The notes under the pieces: model-generated | The model's input: only the letters and a program-made list of their open reading frames with translations | The model's database searches: none | Told to the model about the DNA's origin: nothing | Made by a program: the position numbers and the translations under genes | From: the human T2T-CHM13v2.0 reference genome, Homo sapiens | NCBI RefSeq assembly: GCF_009914755.1 | Contig: NC_060926.1 | DNA: 64,000 nucleotides | Strand: one strand, 5' to 3' | In this document: positions 14,504-29,590 of the stretch, in pieces | Layout: the number at the start of each line of letters is the position of its first letter | Numbering within the stretch: the first letter of the stretch is position 1

Positions 14504-15641
14504 TCCTTCAATTTTTTAAACCTGATTTCCTTTAATTATATAAAATATTTACCATGGCTGCTTTGAACTCTTTGCTAAATTGAAGATCTTGGCCTGTTCA
14601 GAAACTGCTTTTTGTTTTTTTGTTTGTTTGTTTGTTTCCTGAATTTGGGTCACCCTTCCCTGTTTTTTTGCATGGTTCTTTATTTTGTTGTTGTTGTTGA
14701 AAAGTAGATATTTTAGATCACATAGTGTAGCAACCTTGGATTATGGTTTTTTCCCCCCTGAGGACAGCTGTTCTGGATAGTTTTTCTTTTATTTTGGGTT
14801 TTACTTTATTTTGGTATCTTGTCTGGATTCAATCTATGGAATGTGTTTTTGCCATAAAGTGTAATTGCATACAGCTCTACCCAGTACTTTTTTTATCCTA
14901 ATTTAAATTTTTAGCCTAGTGCTCAATGGGTCATCCCATGTGTGTCTGTGTAGCCTAGTAATAGTCATCCAATGAGTAGACAGAGATGCTCAAATACCTC
15001 AAGTCAATAAGGCTTCTACCATTGTGTGGGTTGGGGAACAAGTTGAGGCAGCCTTCAAGTCAACGAACTGGATGACTGACTTATCTCTGGCTCAAATTTT
15101 CACAAATTCCAGGTTTAGTAACTCAGTCTTTTTCTTCGCACTCTACTCTTGTTTCCCTGCCTCCAAAACCTGCCACATATTAATGTCAGGGTGTGGTCCT
15201 AGTCCGAACTAAAGGTCTCATCTTATATCCAACCCCAAGTGCAATTTGACACTAGCTGCTTTGCCTGGATAACCACCTACTAGGTATCAATACCTTCTTC
15301 TGATACTGGGTTCTCTCTCTTATGCCTATTAGTTCCTGGTTTGGCCTGTGCCATCAGCAACTGAGGTCCCAACCTAGGTGAATAGGTCCAATAGAGGGAG
15401 GAAATTTCAGACAGAGACCATGTTTTATTTATCATGGTGTTTCTTCTGCTTTTAAAGTGTTTTGTTCCTCAAATAATAATCATTCAGCATGTTTGTGGCA
15501 CTAAATTAATAAAAATGACTATAATTGTTTCCTTTATCACTTTAATCCCATGTAAATTTTTAAATCCCATGTAAATTTTTAAATTGCAAAAACATTTGAG
15601 TAAGTTTTGTAGTTTCTGAGCTCATTTTTCATATATTACTA

Positions 15642-15926
15642 CATTTGACCCTTGAACAACATTGGTTTGAACTGTCTAAGTCCACTTGTGTGTGAATTTT
15701 TTTCAATAAATACAGGTTGCCCTCTGTATTGGTGGGTCCTGCATTCACCACCAAATGTGGATCAAAAATATAGCATTAGCAGGATTTGAAACCCACATAT
15801 ATGGAAGGCCAATTTTTCATATCTGCAGGTTTACAGGGCCCTGACTACAGGACTTGAGTATGAACAAATTCTGGTATCTGTGGGAAGTCCAGGAACCAAT
15901 CTCCCGTGGATACTGAGGTAGGACTG
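15642..15926. mobile_element. TcMar-Tigger MITE (MER8/MER2B-like)
   Basis: catttgacccttgaacaac...gatactgaggtaggactg termini; left TA target site. Confidence 0.85.
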
Positions 15927-16759
15927 AATTTGTCAGTTGGAGAAAAGAAATTTAAGAGTGGTATAAAATCTTCATATATTTACAGATACACATTCACAAT
16001 TTTACGTAAGGTATTTTAAGTTATAAAACTAAAATACTGTATCTAAATAACACTGATATTAGATGAATATTAGAGAACAGATAATATCTATTCTCTCATA
16101 TTAGATAAATATTATATCTAAATAAGAAATATCTTTCTATATGAAAGATGGGTATGTCCTCAGTAATTAACTGTTGTGCATGCCATACTATCTCTCAAAG
16201 CTATCCATAAGATATTGATTCTTTGCTGGAATTACATACATATTAATTAGTTGTTACAGCACTTGAGAGAGTTCTGTTCTATTCCCACTAGTAAGCTCAG
16301 AAAATGCATCCACCTTAGTTAGCATCAAATTTAAAAATCTTGAAATAAGGTGGGGTCACAGAGAAGAGTGGGCACCACAAGGAAAGGGAAAGAGAAGTAG
16401 GAATTTTTCCCAGCCCTGAAATGACACCACGTGACCTAATCAATGGACTTCATTTGTAAGCATCCTAATCCTGATTACCCACAATTGGAATGGACAGTTC
16501 TGTCCAATTAGTACGTGGCCAGGATGGGTTTGAATTTAGTGTCAAAAATGTCGGTGCATCAAATTAAAATTCAAATATTCAAATGGGAAACTTCAAGGGG
16601 AACTGTTAACCATTGTTACTGAGCTATGTGTAAAAATATATAAAAGTTTGCCCACTAGAGTTTTAAACTTGTGTTATGATTTAGTCTAAGATAAAAATGC
16701 CAGAAACACCTCTACTTTGTTCACAAGCTGCTAATCAGCTTTTAGATTTTAGAGTCTAG

Positions 16760-17206
<447 letters not shown>

Positions 17207-17224
17207 TAAACTGGACTAAGTGAA

Positions 17225-17243
17225 ATATATATATGTGTGTAAA

Positions 17244-17295
<52 letters not shown>
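17225..17295. repeat. Compound (TA)/(CA)n microsatellite replacing an Alu tail
   Basis: Directly visible. Confidence 0.95.
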
Positions 17296-17579
17296 TTGAG
17301 ATGGAGTTTTGCTCTTGTTGCCCAGGCTGGAGTGCAATGGTGTGATCTTGGCTCACTGCAACCTCTGCCTCAGGGTTCAAGCTATCCTCCTGCCTCAGCC
17401 TCCCGAGTAGCTGGGATTACAGGCACCTGCCACCATGCCTGGCTAATTTTTGTATTTTTAGTGGAGACAGGGTTTCACCATGTTGGCCAGGCTGGTCACA
17501 AACTTCTGACCTCAAGTGATCTGCCCGCCTCAGCCTCCCAAAGTGCTGGGATTACAGGTGTTAGCCACCATGCCCGGCC
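17295..17579 (-). mobile_element. Alu (AluSq/Sx-like)
   Basis: Full dimer; ttttgctcttgttgccc. Confidence 0.95.
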
Positions 17580-18087
17580 TGTACCAGATGTTTTAAACAA
17601 AACCAAATTTTTAGTTGAAATATTTTACATAAAAATCTAGATTTCATTTTTTTCTAGAAAAAAATGCATATCTGGTTCAACACAGGGCCTTCATTTCCAC
17701 ATGGCAATATTCAGCTTGAGCTGTATAGTTGTGTTGGTTCTACTTTTCTCTTCACTCTTGAGTATGCATATGCACACTCACCCACCGGGTCCCTTCAAGT
17801 TCTAAAATTCTGTAATTCCTTAAGTTTATCATCATGCACTAACCAATTAGCCCCTAGAATGGTAAGCTTCTACTTAAAAGAGATTAAAAACAGAGAGGAT
17901 GGTAAGCCAATAATTATACTCTGGTAGACAGATAGATACATTCAAGAAATATTGGAATGTGGAACTTGAACTAAGAGGGCAAACCATTAAATCTCCGGGA
18001 ATAGCGAGTATAGAAACAATAAGGCACTTAGAATTTGGACAAAGAAGTGCTTAACAAATTTTGAAGTGGAATTGAGGAAGAAAATGG

Positions 18088-18300
18088 ATCATTTTATTAA
18101 GTGTCTATTTGATGCTAGACATTGTAGTAGCCTTTTCATGTCATTTTCTGATCTGTTAAACCTCACAGCTTGTGAGTTGCTAGGTACAATCTCCATTATG
18201 AAGAAGAGAAAATTCAGGCTCACAAAGATTAAGTAACTTGTCCGTGGGACACAACTAGTAACTGTAAGAGGCATAATTTGTACCTAACTCTAAAGCCATC
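18088..18300 (-). mobile_element. MIR
   Basis: gaaaattcaggctcacaaagattaagtaacttgtcc is the MIR core. Confidence 0.8.
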
Positions 18301-18949
18301 ATATTACCTGACAAATTTTTATTTCCTAGCCTGAGACTTGGACAAGGAGGATAATTAACATTATCTTTGTTTCCTTTGTATGAATATGAGTAGGTTCTGC
18401 AGTTTCATTAAAGGAACTCTCTGACAAGTGTAAACATATAAAACGGGCCCTAAATCAATTACCAATTGAAATACCCTCCTGTAAATTATAATAATGCCTT
18501 TATAATCAGCTACATCCTTATAATCAACTAAAATATCTTAAGGTCATTCATTCACTTAGAAAAGTTTAGATGTTGCTATTTCTGAAAAGTGAGGGGAATT
18601 CAAGAAGACACAGCTTATAGTAACCTTTAAGTGCTTGGAAGAATTGAACACTTACCAAGAACTAAATTCTAAGTCTGATTTTATCTATTTAGTTAATGTT
18701 CATATTAATGTCCATTCAAATTCCATTTTCACAAAATTGGCAATTATGACAAAATCCTTCTGAAAGTATTCCTAGTGGACATACTCACATATACAATAAA
18801 ACCCTGAATACCCAGTTTTTCTGAATTTTTAGAGTTCTGGAGAAAAACATAATGTGCACCATAATCCCCTTGGTCTTTCTTGAAAAAGAGGGATTTTAAT
18901 TACTTACATATAAGAGCAAAAGGAGACAAATGTTACCTAAAATTAAAAT

Positions 18950-20200
18950 TTTAATTTCTGACGTGTGGTTGTGTTATTTAAAGGTTCACTGTATTCCATG
19001 ACCTTTGTTGTCACCGTCATCACTAATTGCAACATGATCTCAGAAAAATAATCCTTCATACAGTCAGTATTTATTCAGGCATGTATGTCTCTTAGCCTAT
19101 TACACTGTTTCAGTAGTCTACAATCTCATAAAGTACTGGTTAAATCAGATAATCAGCTGCACAAATGCCTTACACAATTAATTCTTTTCTGTATTTTCAA
19201 AATGGGGAGTATGAGAAATATTTAGTGTTGTGATCCAAATTTAAATCTCTTTTGCTTTAAAAACAAGGCCAAATAGCAAAGGCTCCCCTACTGTTTGTGC
19301 TCTATGGTATAACATCTCTTGATTACTCTGACAGAGTTCCAGTCACAGGTTGTGAGTCAGAAAGAGGATTTTCAATGTCCAGCAGCTAAATGTGTCAGCC
19401 ATGACATTTCTGAAAGTTCTATTTTTATATACAGAGAGAAGGAAAAATCACTTCTTTGTATCTGTCCTTTGCAAAATTCTCAGTTTAACTCCGGCTCTAG
19501 ATATGTACAATAGTGAATGCATTCTTAGTTAACATGACAAGCAACTGACATTTTTCAACTGGAATAATGCATGTAATGAAAAATAATCTACACAAGTTTG
19601 CCTCTTCTGCATTCTTATTCCCTCTTTCACTCATAAAGCCTGTTAAAATGCAGTTGAAATAATACAAAATGCAATTCAAATGTCACTATTATTCTAATCC
19701 TTTTTTTCTCTCTATTATACAGCTTATCTAAAAATGTTGAAATGTAACTTGCTTGAGTTATAATATTATGTGAATTAAGAATCCGTATTGTTTGGAAGCT
19801 CTTTTTAATTGGTCTACAGGGAGGTTTTCTGTATATATTAAAATGATTGTATGTCTGAATTATAACGAACTTACCTTTAAACTTCTTTTGTGTTTAAATA
19901 CATATTAGAGGCAAAACATTTTAATATTTCTTAGGACAGGCTTTATTGCTAAAATTATTGGTTTGGCAATCTTGGCAGGAATGGAAATTTCTGATTGGCT
20001 GTCATATCAATGTCAGTAAAGCTCAGGAAGTGCATAGCTCTGGCTGTTTTCCTTATTTTTATTTATAAATTCCATTTCATAACAGCAATAAGATGCTTCA
20101 GGCCTTGCAGTACTGGGGGATTATTGCACTTGTCAGGTGGTAAAAATCACTGGCCCCTCTGCCTTATGCCTTGGAACACCACTAGAGGCATGGATTACTG
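18950..20200. promoter_or_regulatory. Candidate enhancer region (repeat-free, TF-motif rich)
   Basis: Lies in a ~3.5-kb stretch with no recognisable repeat; GATA+E-box, AP-1, TGACAG, TGATTGGCTGTCA and ETS motifs. Confidence 0.35.
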
Positions 20201-21805
20201 AGAAATGCAATTTCTGGAATCTCTTAATGCTTTATTATGACATACGTAACTTTCAATATAAATTATTTATTTTGAAGTTTGGGGGTGTCATAAGAGTATC
20301 CAACCAGTAGCTAAAGAATGAAGAAGAAATAAAAATGTAGATTATGGAAACAGAGAAATAGTCAAGCAGTGGCCATCTTACAGTGAACCCTGAAGGATAC
20401 GAAAATTTATAATTTAGTATATTTAATATTAAATTGAGAGGCTGGGCTATGATTGGTATATATATGTATATTGATCTAAATGGCCTTACCATAATATCCT
20501 AAGATTGTTTTCTTCCTTACAAATGGACATTATGTTTATGTCTCCAAACATGCATGATATATATTGCAGACATAAATGCATGAAAACCACATTTGAGAAA
20601 ATAAAACTTCCATACACTAAAGGAAAGTCTACATGCTGTTTTCTTCTATTTAAAACATTTAAAACAAATACTATGTGATATAATTAGCATAGTATCCACT
20701 TAAAAATATTGAAAAGTATACTCTTGAAAAATTTAAGCAACCTGATTTTTTAAATAAATAAAATGTAAAATTCAGACTTAAATTATACAACAGTGGATAG
20801 AGATTTAAACTTACAGATTAAATTTATATTTCTAAATAATTGTTTGAAAGTAAGCTTCTATTTCTATATTTTACCAATTGTTCTAAATAACAATGTAAAC
20901 TGAACGAGGTCAAATTATCTTTTCAGGGAAAGAATACCAAAGTTTTCTTTGGAAATGAGCCAGTTTAGGTAGGGGGTGTTTATGGCCTAGGGAGTTACTG
21001 TAGCAATAGAAAAAGATTAATAATTTGCACATGTGAGATTCTTGGAAGGCAGGATACAGCTGTAAAGAATTAACCCCTCTTGAGAGATGTAAAAACACAG
21101 AGCAGCTGAGAGGAGACCTGTTGGGAGGGACTAAAACTATTCAGGCTACAGATGTCCTCAAAGAGAAAGTCCATTTGGGAACTGACAAGCTTTTGTCTTT
21201 TCTTATAAATGGGCAGATAACTCAAACATTTTTTTGAAAAACAAAAGGAACCAATTGTGACCAATTAAAATGTGTTATTGAAATATTAAGTAAGCACTAT
21301 AATGAGTTGTTTCAAGAAATCAAGTACTGTACTACAAGGCTTTGCTCATAGGATTACTCAGAATGGAGCCACTTTGGTAAAGGACGAAGGTGTGTGTATT
21401 CACAGATGATGCCCTATGCCTCTATTGTCCCAAAAAGTCACTTTATTGTCTAATAGAAGATTCATTTTCCAGAATACACAAATTAAATGCAAATTAAAAA
21501 GAAAAAGTAAACATATCAAAACATTTTGTCAACAGATAAACAAGAGGTCCAAATTTCATTTTAACTGAAATTTGTGATTATTTTTTGTTTCCTGGGAAGG
21601 AAGGCTGTTATGCTTCAATGAAAGAAATCCAAAACAACTTTTTTAAGGTTCTTGAAACACAGGTTTAAAGAATGAAGATAGGACTGAAAACATTGTATGA
21701 AATCTCCTTGAAGTAAATCTCATTTATCATTCCAATTTCCTTCGAGCCTGAAGAAGAGAGGGGAAACTATACATACCTGACGTAATATATAATTCAGTAC
21801 CTTAG

Positions 21806-22475
<670 letters not shown>

Positions 22476-22589
22476 TGCTTCACCTCACAATAACATCCTT
22501 ACCTATGTCTGATGTTTTCAAAGCTGCCTGCATATTGTTAAACACACTGCAGTTGATATTATCATGATTAAGGAGTACATATCTCTACT

Positions 22590-22782
22590 ACATATGTTTC
22601 AAACTCTACCCTTAGCAGCAGAACCTTTAAAATCAATGAAATACAATATTATGTGTCAACAGCAGATGAAAAAGATAAAAGTAGAGCTGCTTTGGAGAGG
22701 GGGAAGCACAGATCTTCCTGGCTGGCCCCCTGAGACTCCTCCTGAGCTTCCTTGACTTCTGCAGAGACATTGTAAAAACCAC
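22590..22782. mobile_element. hAT-Charlie MITE (MER112-like)
   Basis: tttcaaac...tagcagcagaacc...agataaaagtagagctgctttgg...aaaaccac. Confidence 0.55.
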
Positions 22783-22849
22783 AACATTATCATTGTCTAT
22801 ATATTTTTACTATCTGTGTGGGTATTTTTCTATACATAGGATTTTATTT

Positions 22850-23040
22850 GGTTTCAATAACAATCTTGTGAGGTATAAAATAAGAGCTATTATCACACTA
22901 TAAAGACAAAGAAATCAAGAAGCTGAGAGATGTGAAACGAATTATCCAAGGTCACACACTAGTAAGTGACATGGTCAAGGCTGATACCAATTTCTTCTGA
23001 TTCCAAGTCCAGAGACCTTTTCAGTTTACCATTCTGCTCT
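22850..23040 (-). mobile_element. MIR
   Basis: ccaaggtcacacactagtaagtg...tctgattccaagtccag. Confidence 0.8.
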
Positions 23041-26000
23041 ATTTGTCATTTTAAATTGCTCACAAACTGAAGACTCATTTTTATAATCATTTTATATTTA
23101 GCTCCTTTCTTCCCAAAAAACAGAGAAGGGAGAAGGACCTCTTTATTCATTCTGACTTTTCTTCAAGAATCCTCTTCTAAAACCTTAACTTGACAAGATC
23201 CTCCATGAAAATAGGATTCACCGGAATCTTTAAGCATTGCCTTCCCCTAATAGCAATAAGCAAACAGATTAATTAGGTAATTAATTAATAGGAGAGTGAA
23301 AATAGAAGAGGAGTAATCATGCAATCGAAGAATGCCCCAAGATGACAGTGATTTCGCCTCGTCTTTTTGCCCAAACCTGGTTACTTTTCCTTCAGTAGGC
23401 ATATTGTAAAGAGAAAGAGAGAGGTAGGAAGAATTTACATTCTTCATATATTATGCTCATGGGAATTATTATCTGGGGTTCTTTAAACAACAGTTTATTT
23501 TTACTGAAGAGTATGCCTATTGCACACTTTTTACAGGTGAGTAAATATAGGCAACAGGGTGAATAGCTTTCTAGGGTCACAAAGGCAAGAAAACAGCTAA
23601 ACAATAATAACAATTTCCAAGGCCAATCTGTACCATGTTTGATTTAACCACTACACTACACTTTCTCAATAGGTAGTTGTTAACAGACTATCTCTCCCTT
23701 TTCCATAAATTCTTATTTCTTCCTCGACCTCCAACAATGAAACCTCAACTCTTATCTGCAGCTCAGTTATGTGTGTTTGGTAGGGGAATAGGACTTCAAC
23801 AGCAGTATGATCTTTCTGAGGAATAGGTCAGTCTCCTATTGAGTTGGAATTTGCAACCTTCTTGGGGTTGCCTGGCCCAGATATTTTGTGCTAGACTAAG
23901 AAATGATTGTGGTCATTATTTTCAGACTTCAGTGAAACATCTACAAGCAGTTCTGATCTATCTAACATCTACATTAAAAGCTCCTGAATACCATTCGTAT
24001 TAGCTAGTGCATTTCTAACAATTTCTCTTCCCTGAAAATAGCACCACGCACACATCCAGTAATGGAGGCATTTGTCAAGCTGTGTTAGTTAATAGTAACT
24101 CTAAAATAAAGATTACAGAATGTTCAGGGAAAATTAACCTAATGATTTAATACAATCCTATGTTTAATTAACACAATAATGTTTTGCATACCAACTAATT
24201 CTATTGTCTAAAACAGCATTTTATCATACAAAAATAGAATAATAAAAGTTGACATTCATACCATACTCTTTATCACCATGGTGTTTTATATTATTTATCT
24301 AATGTACACAGGACCTTTGCCAGGTGGGGAAAATTTGTTATCCCATTTTACAAATGATGATAATGGACATAGTTAAGTAATGTTCTTGGAGTTACATCAA
24401 AATCAGTGGTACTGCTTAAAGTGAAGCAGAGAATTTTGATTTTTTCCATTTAGGTTCTTAAGCTTCTTTGTTACTTTGAAATTATTTTACTATCAGCAAT
24501 GTTTCCTCTTGTCCAAGGCATTGTGTATGGAATACCTACTATGTTCTAGGGACTTTTACATGTGGTATCTAATTAAATCCTCACACACCATCCTGTTAAA
24601 GAATGATTACAGATGAGTCCCCCTTTCACTACCTTGTCTCAACTTCTTCTACTGTAAAAGAAAAATCAAACATTTCTGCCAACAACCATTTATAAGAATA
24701 ACCCACAAAGGCCAATTCATCCCAAAACAATCTAACAACAATCTTTTTTGAAAAAAGAAACAACAACAAAAGATAAAAATAAATTACTAGAGAGAAGAGG
24801 ATAAATTAAGAGCAATAAAGCAGGAATCAACATTTAACAAGCAGATACTGATATCTTACTGTGTCAGACATTATGGTATATCCCTGGCCTCATGCAGCTT
24901 ACTTTCCAAAGTGCTTTGATGTAGAAATAAGAAAATATAAGCAAGAGAAAGAAGAGAGAAAGGAAACATTAAACACAGATACTTACACACAGAGTAGAAA
25001 GGAGACCCAAGTGAGTTGGGCAAGAAAAGCTCTTCCTGTTATGTGAAACATAGTAAAGGTGACTATCCAAATTATTTTAAGTTGTAACAAGTGAAAGCTT
25101 GATCATTTTCATTAATAGAGATGAAGACATACTTTCAGAAATGATTGTTTTATCTGTCTCTTAACTTAGAAAAGCACTGAGCCAAACCAACATAGCTAAC
25201 AGAGCCCATTACCTTAGAAAAGCCCTACAGTTTTCATTCCATTCTCTGATTGGTTCCTCTCTAGACAGGATGTCACGCCTATTACGAGAAAAGATGGATA
25301 CTGCACTCAGATGGCAACAGGAGCTAGTGACTTACAGGAATTATAAGAGATGGAATTGTGGTTCTAATAACATCATGTTAGGTTTATCAGCTTTTTAAAA
25401 TATTGCAAATAACTAGTCTAGTTATGGCAAACCCCCTTACTACTCTGAGGGTATAAGTGGAGCGTTATTTTGAGGTTTAGGGGAAGAAAAACCACTCTCT
25501 AGCTTTCGGGTCCCTTCACTGTAGTGCATGAGCCCTTCCATAGAGCAGGTTCCTGGAGTGGTGCCACCAGGGTTTGGGGGCAGAGCACTATTGTGACGAG
25601 ATGGGTCACATGCCTCTGTTAGCTTGCCACTGTGGAAGGGATTTGTTTCATATGGTATTAAAGCAATTCCCTCAGATTTTAGCTGACTCCTACTAGTAAC
25701 TGGACTTGGCTGAAGTAGTCCCAAAGTAAACACATTAGCTTTACTAAAAAAGACTCTGAAGCTTTTACCTACAATACCCTCTTCAGCTAAGCACTTCCTG
25801 AGGGGGACCCAGAGGTCTGTTTATTTTTCCAACTAACAAAGAGTAAGAGAAGCTCTCTGACATTTTTGCTTGGGAAAAATCTTCGGATACTTGAATACTT
25901 TTTTTTCTTAATTGTAAGTTGGAGAGAGACTTAAGCTCAACCCAGTAACATCCCTTGTTCGCCTTACCGCTGTAATTACTGCTCAAGAGAGAGACTAAGT

Positions 26001-28098
26001 TGCTTACTCCAAGCGCCTAGGCCGCTTGGGGGTGGCTGTTGTTAGAGCCCCCTTGAGATAATGATTCTTCTGGGTCAGTCTGAAGAAACTGTCTGCAACA
26101 ATGGCAATCCCCAGGGTGACACTCCGAGGGGTCCTAGATTCATCTGTCAGTCACCTTCAGCCCAGAGCCATCAAATCCATTTACACAAAAGCTGGTTATC
26201 ACAAACCTTTTGAAAAGCCAAGTAAAGAGGAGATTTACCCATCCTTGAATCTTCATTCTTTTTTCTTTGAGCCCCTCACTTCTTCCATTCTATCTTTCCT
26301 TTTTTTTTTTTTTCCTAACTACCTCTGGGAACTTCTGGGTTTTTTACCCCCTGCTTTTGTTCCACTCTAGAGCTTACACTGTTGTAATTATCTTAAAGTT
26401 TGAATATCATTCTCAAGATGTACGGAAATAAATACCTGGTACCCTCGTATGAACAATTTTAATTCTAATAGATACATTTGTCTCCAAAAGGGTAGGATTT
26501 TCCCAGGTTTGAGAGAGGATTATTTTATGCTGTAATGTTGGAAACCTGAAGTTGTGTAGTATTTAAAGTAAGCATTCATTTGTCTATGCATACACATTCA
26601 TATATACTTTCCTGTCATATACTTATCTTTTTCTTTTTTAAAAAAAGTGTACACTAATAATGTGACTATAAATTTAAAGCCTGGATCAGTTTGCAACTAA
26701 AATGAGCCTCAACAACTTATTGAAATGTGAAATATTATTTTGCTGTCTAAATATTACTGAATTTCAAATATAATTCTTTGAGTTCCTGATTTTGTTTCAC
26801 AGATAAAAGGAGAAATTCTGGTTATGCTGTAGAAATTGTGGTCTTTATGTAATAGCATTTTTATATAATATTAAATTTAATAGAGTTTTAATTAGTTAAA
26901 AATATAAATAAAATATTACATTAAAATGTAAGTGTTTCATTGATGTGCATATGATTGCTAGAATTAGACTAACAAAATATTGCCTAGTATAATGCCTCAA
27001 GGGAGTATTTGTAATTGTAATTAGTTTCTTAATTGTAAGAAATTTGAGTGTCATAATTAGAAATTAATGGAGGCACAGATATCCTAAGATTATTGGAGCT
27101 ATATGAAGCCTGGTATGAACAAGAGGCCAGAAAAAACAAACAAACAAACAAACAAAAAATCCTTATAGCTAAAAGACACTTTATAAAGAACAAGATTGTT
27201 GGCACTCAGATCACATCATTAAGGCTAGTACTAACTCTACCAGTTGCATATGATATAGCTTGAGTTAGTGCAGAGTTTTCAACCTCGCCTGGTCCCAGGT
27301 CTCCCTAAAGTGACTACCAAAGGGACATCCAATATTCCACTGAAAAACAACTGAGTGTTTCATTTGCTCATTCCACATTATTTCTTCAGCATTTACTACT
27401 ACTTGCCAAGCTTTAACAGTAAAAGGATTTTAAGGAACTTACACTTTAGGAAAAGGAACCAAAACCAAGTAGGTATTTGAGGATGTTCAACAATAGATTG
27501 TTGTCAAGTAGTTTTAAACACACTGAAATCTAATTTGTAAAATTAATTTGCCCATTCAGACTATGTAACAATGTCAGTAATGTCTCAAGAACATTGTTAG
27601 GATTCAAGGGTATAAAAATCAAGATAGGGACTATGTCTAAAGGTAGCTCATGATCTGCTTCACTAACTGAGTCCAGGGCACTATATAGAGCAGCTTAGCT
27701 CTGCGTCGTTTGATTCCAGCTTATCTCTTGGCCTCTCTTCTAAATACTCGGTTCCCCTCACGTTACACTCCAAACACATGAGATTTTGTTTCTTGTTATT
27801 TGCTTTCATTTGGAGCATGTATCTCTTTTTCACCTCAGGGCCTTTGGGATGATTCTGGTCCAAGTTTATAAAGTTTTATTATATTGTTCATTCCTGTATT
27901 TTGGTTGGATGTTAGCTGATGTGGAAGATTTAGGTCACTTAATCCACTGGGCTCTAATAACATTCTATAAAATGCATAAAATAAACTTTCCATACTGTCA
28001 CTTTCCTGCCTAATCGTTTTATTAGTTGATTTTGGAGTTTTTTTAATGCCATTATCACCATTACCATAACAAAGGTATATCTCAATACAGATTGTAGA

Positions 28099-28568
28099 GT
28101 ATATTCATTCCTGGGGCTGCCATGACAAGTTATGACAAATTGGGTACCTTAAAGAAACAGAAATTTATTCTTTCACAGTTCTGGAGGGCAGAAGCCTGAA
28201 ATCAAGATGTCAGCCATGCTTCTTCAGGGGATCTGGAGAAGAATCCATTCTGTGCCCCCACCTAGCATTTTGTGGCTGCCTGCAATCCTTGTCATTCCTT
28301 AGCTTGTAGCCACATCATCCCAGTCTCTGCCTCTGTCTTCGCATCACCCCTCTTGTCTGTCTTGTATCTGTTCTCTGTGTTAAGGACACTTGTCATTGAT
28401 TTAGGACCCACCCAGGTAATCTAGGATGATTTCTTCATCCCGAGATCCTTCACTTAGTTACATTTGCAAAGATCCTCTTTCCACATAAGGTAACATTCAT
28501 AGTTTCTAGGGCTTTGATATAGTCATATCTTTGGGGCGGCGTTGGGGGGCACGGTTCAACTCCTTACA
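28099..28568 (-). mobile_element. MLT1C-like MaLR LTR
   Basis: aacagaaatttattctttcacagttctggagg...gcaaagatcctctttccacataaggtaacattca. Confidence 0.9.
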
Positions 28569-29040
28569 AATTATATTTTTCATATGTTTTGGTTTTGCTA
28601 TTGAATTTTTTGTTTTCATTTCGAAAACAAATCATTTGTGATGCCTTTAATATAGCTTGAATGACTAATGTGTATATTTAATATGTAACTTGAAAAATAT
28701 ATTTAATCTCTCAGATCTTATTGTTAGGAATTCCTATAAAATTTTGATGACCTCGTTCTAGGATTAGAAGAATTTTACTGAGGAAAATATTTGGCTCACA
28801 TTGAGTGTAGAGAATCATGTATCTTTTGTTCTTTTCTCTTGTCATGAAGGTTCAATTTTTATGATCTAAGAAGAGACTGAAGTAATGACTATCAAAATCA
28901 ACCATATAATGTTACAATCATTTGTTTGAAGTACATTGACAAAAAAACTTTTAATAGAAGAAAAATACATTACAGAAACACACATTTCAGTTAACAATAA
29001 ATGAAGAAATGTAGCAAGTTCAGCATTCATGATTGCCTAT

Positions 29041-29180
29041 TTTTCTCTTTATTTATATTTTATTTTTATAGATTTAGGGGTTCAAGTATATTTGTGTTAC
29101 ATGGATATATTATGTAGTGGTGAAGTCTAAGCTTTTAGTGTACTCATTGCCCGAATAGTGTACACTGTACCCATTAAGTA
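29041..29180 (-). mobile_element. Short 5'-truncated L1 3' end (L1PB/L1MA-like)
   Basis: Poly-T then gatttaggggttcaagt...tgttacatggatata; TSD catgattgcct/catgattgtct. Confidence 0.85.
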
Positions 29181-29247
29181 CATGATTGTCTTAGGTATTT
29201 ATTTTATTCTCTATACCTAGGAAGGAGCATTACATATAAAAGATTAG

Positions 29248-29590
<343 letters not shown>

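Noticed and set aside
15544-15581. 19-bp tandem duplication aatcccatgtaaattttta x2
   Set aside because: Ordinary slippage duplication with no further structure.
23525-23542. Recursive splice-site-like ttttacag|gtgagt
   Set aside because: It is a point variant of the MIR core (ttttacagatgagg), the pyrimidine tract is short, and there is no evidence for a + strand host intron.
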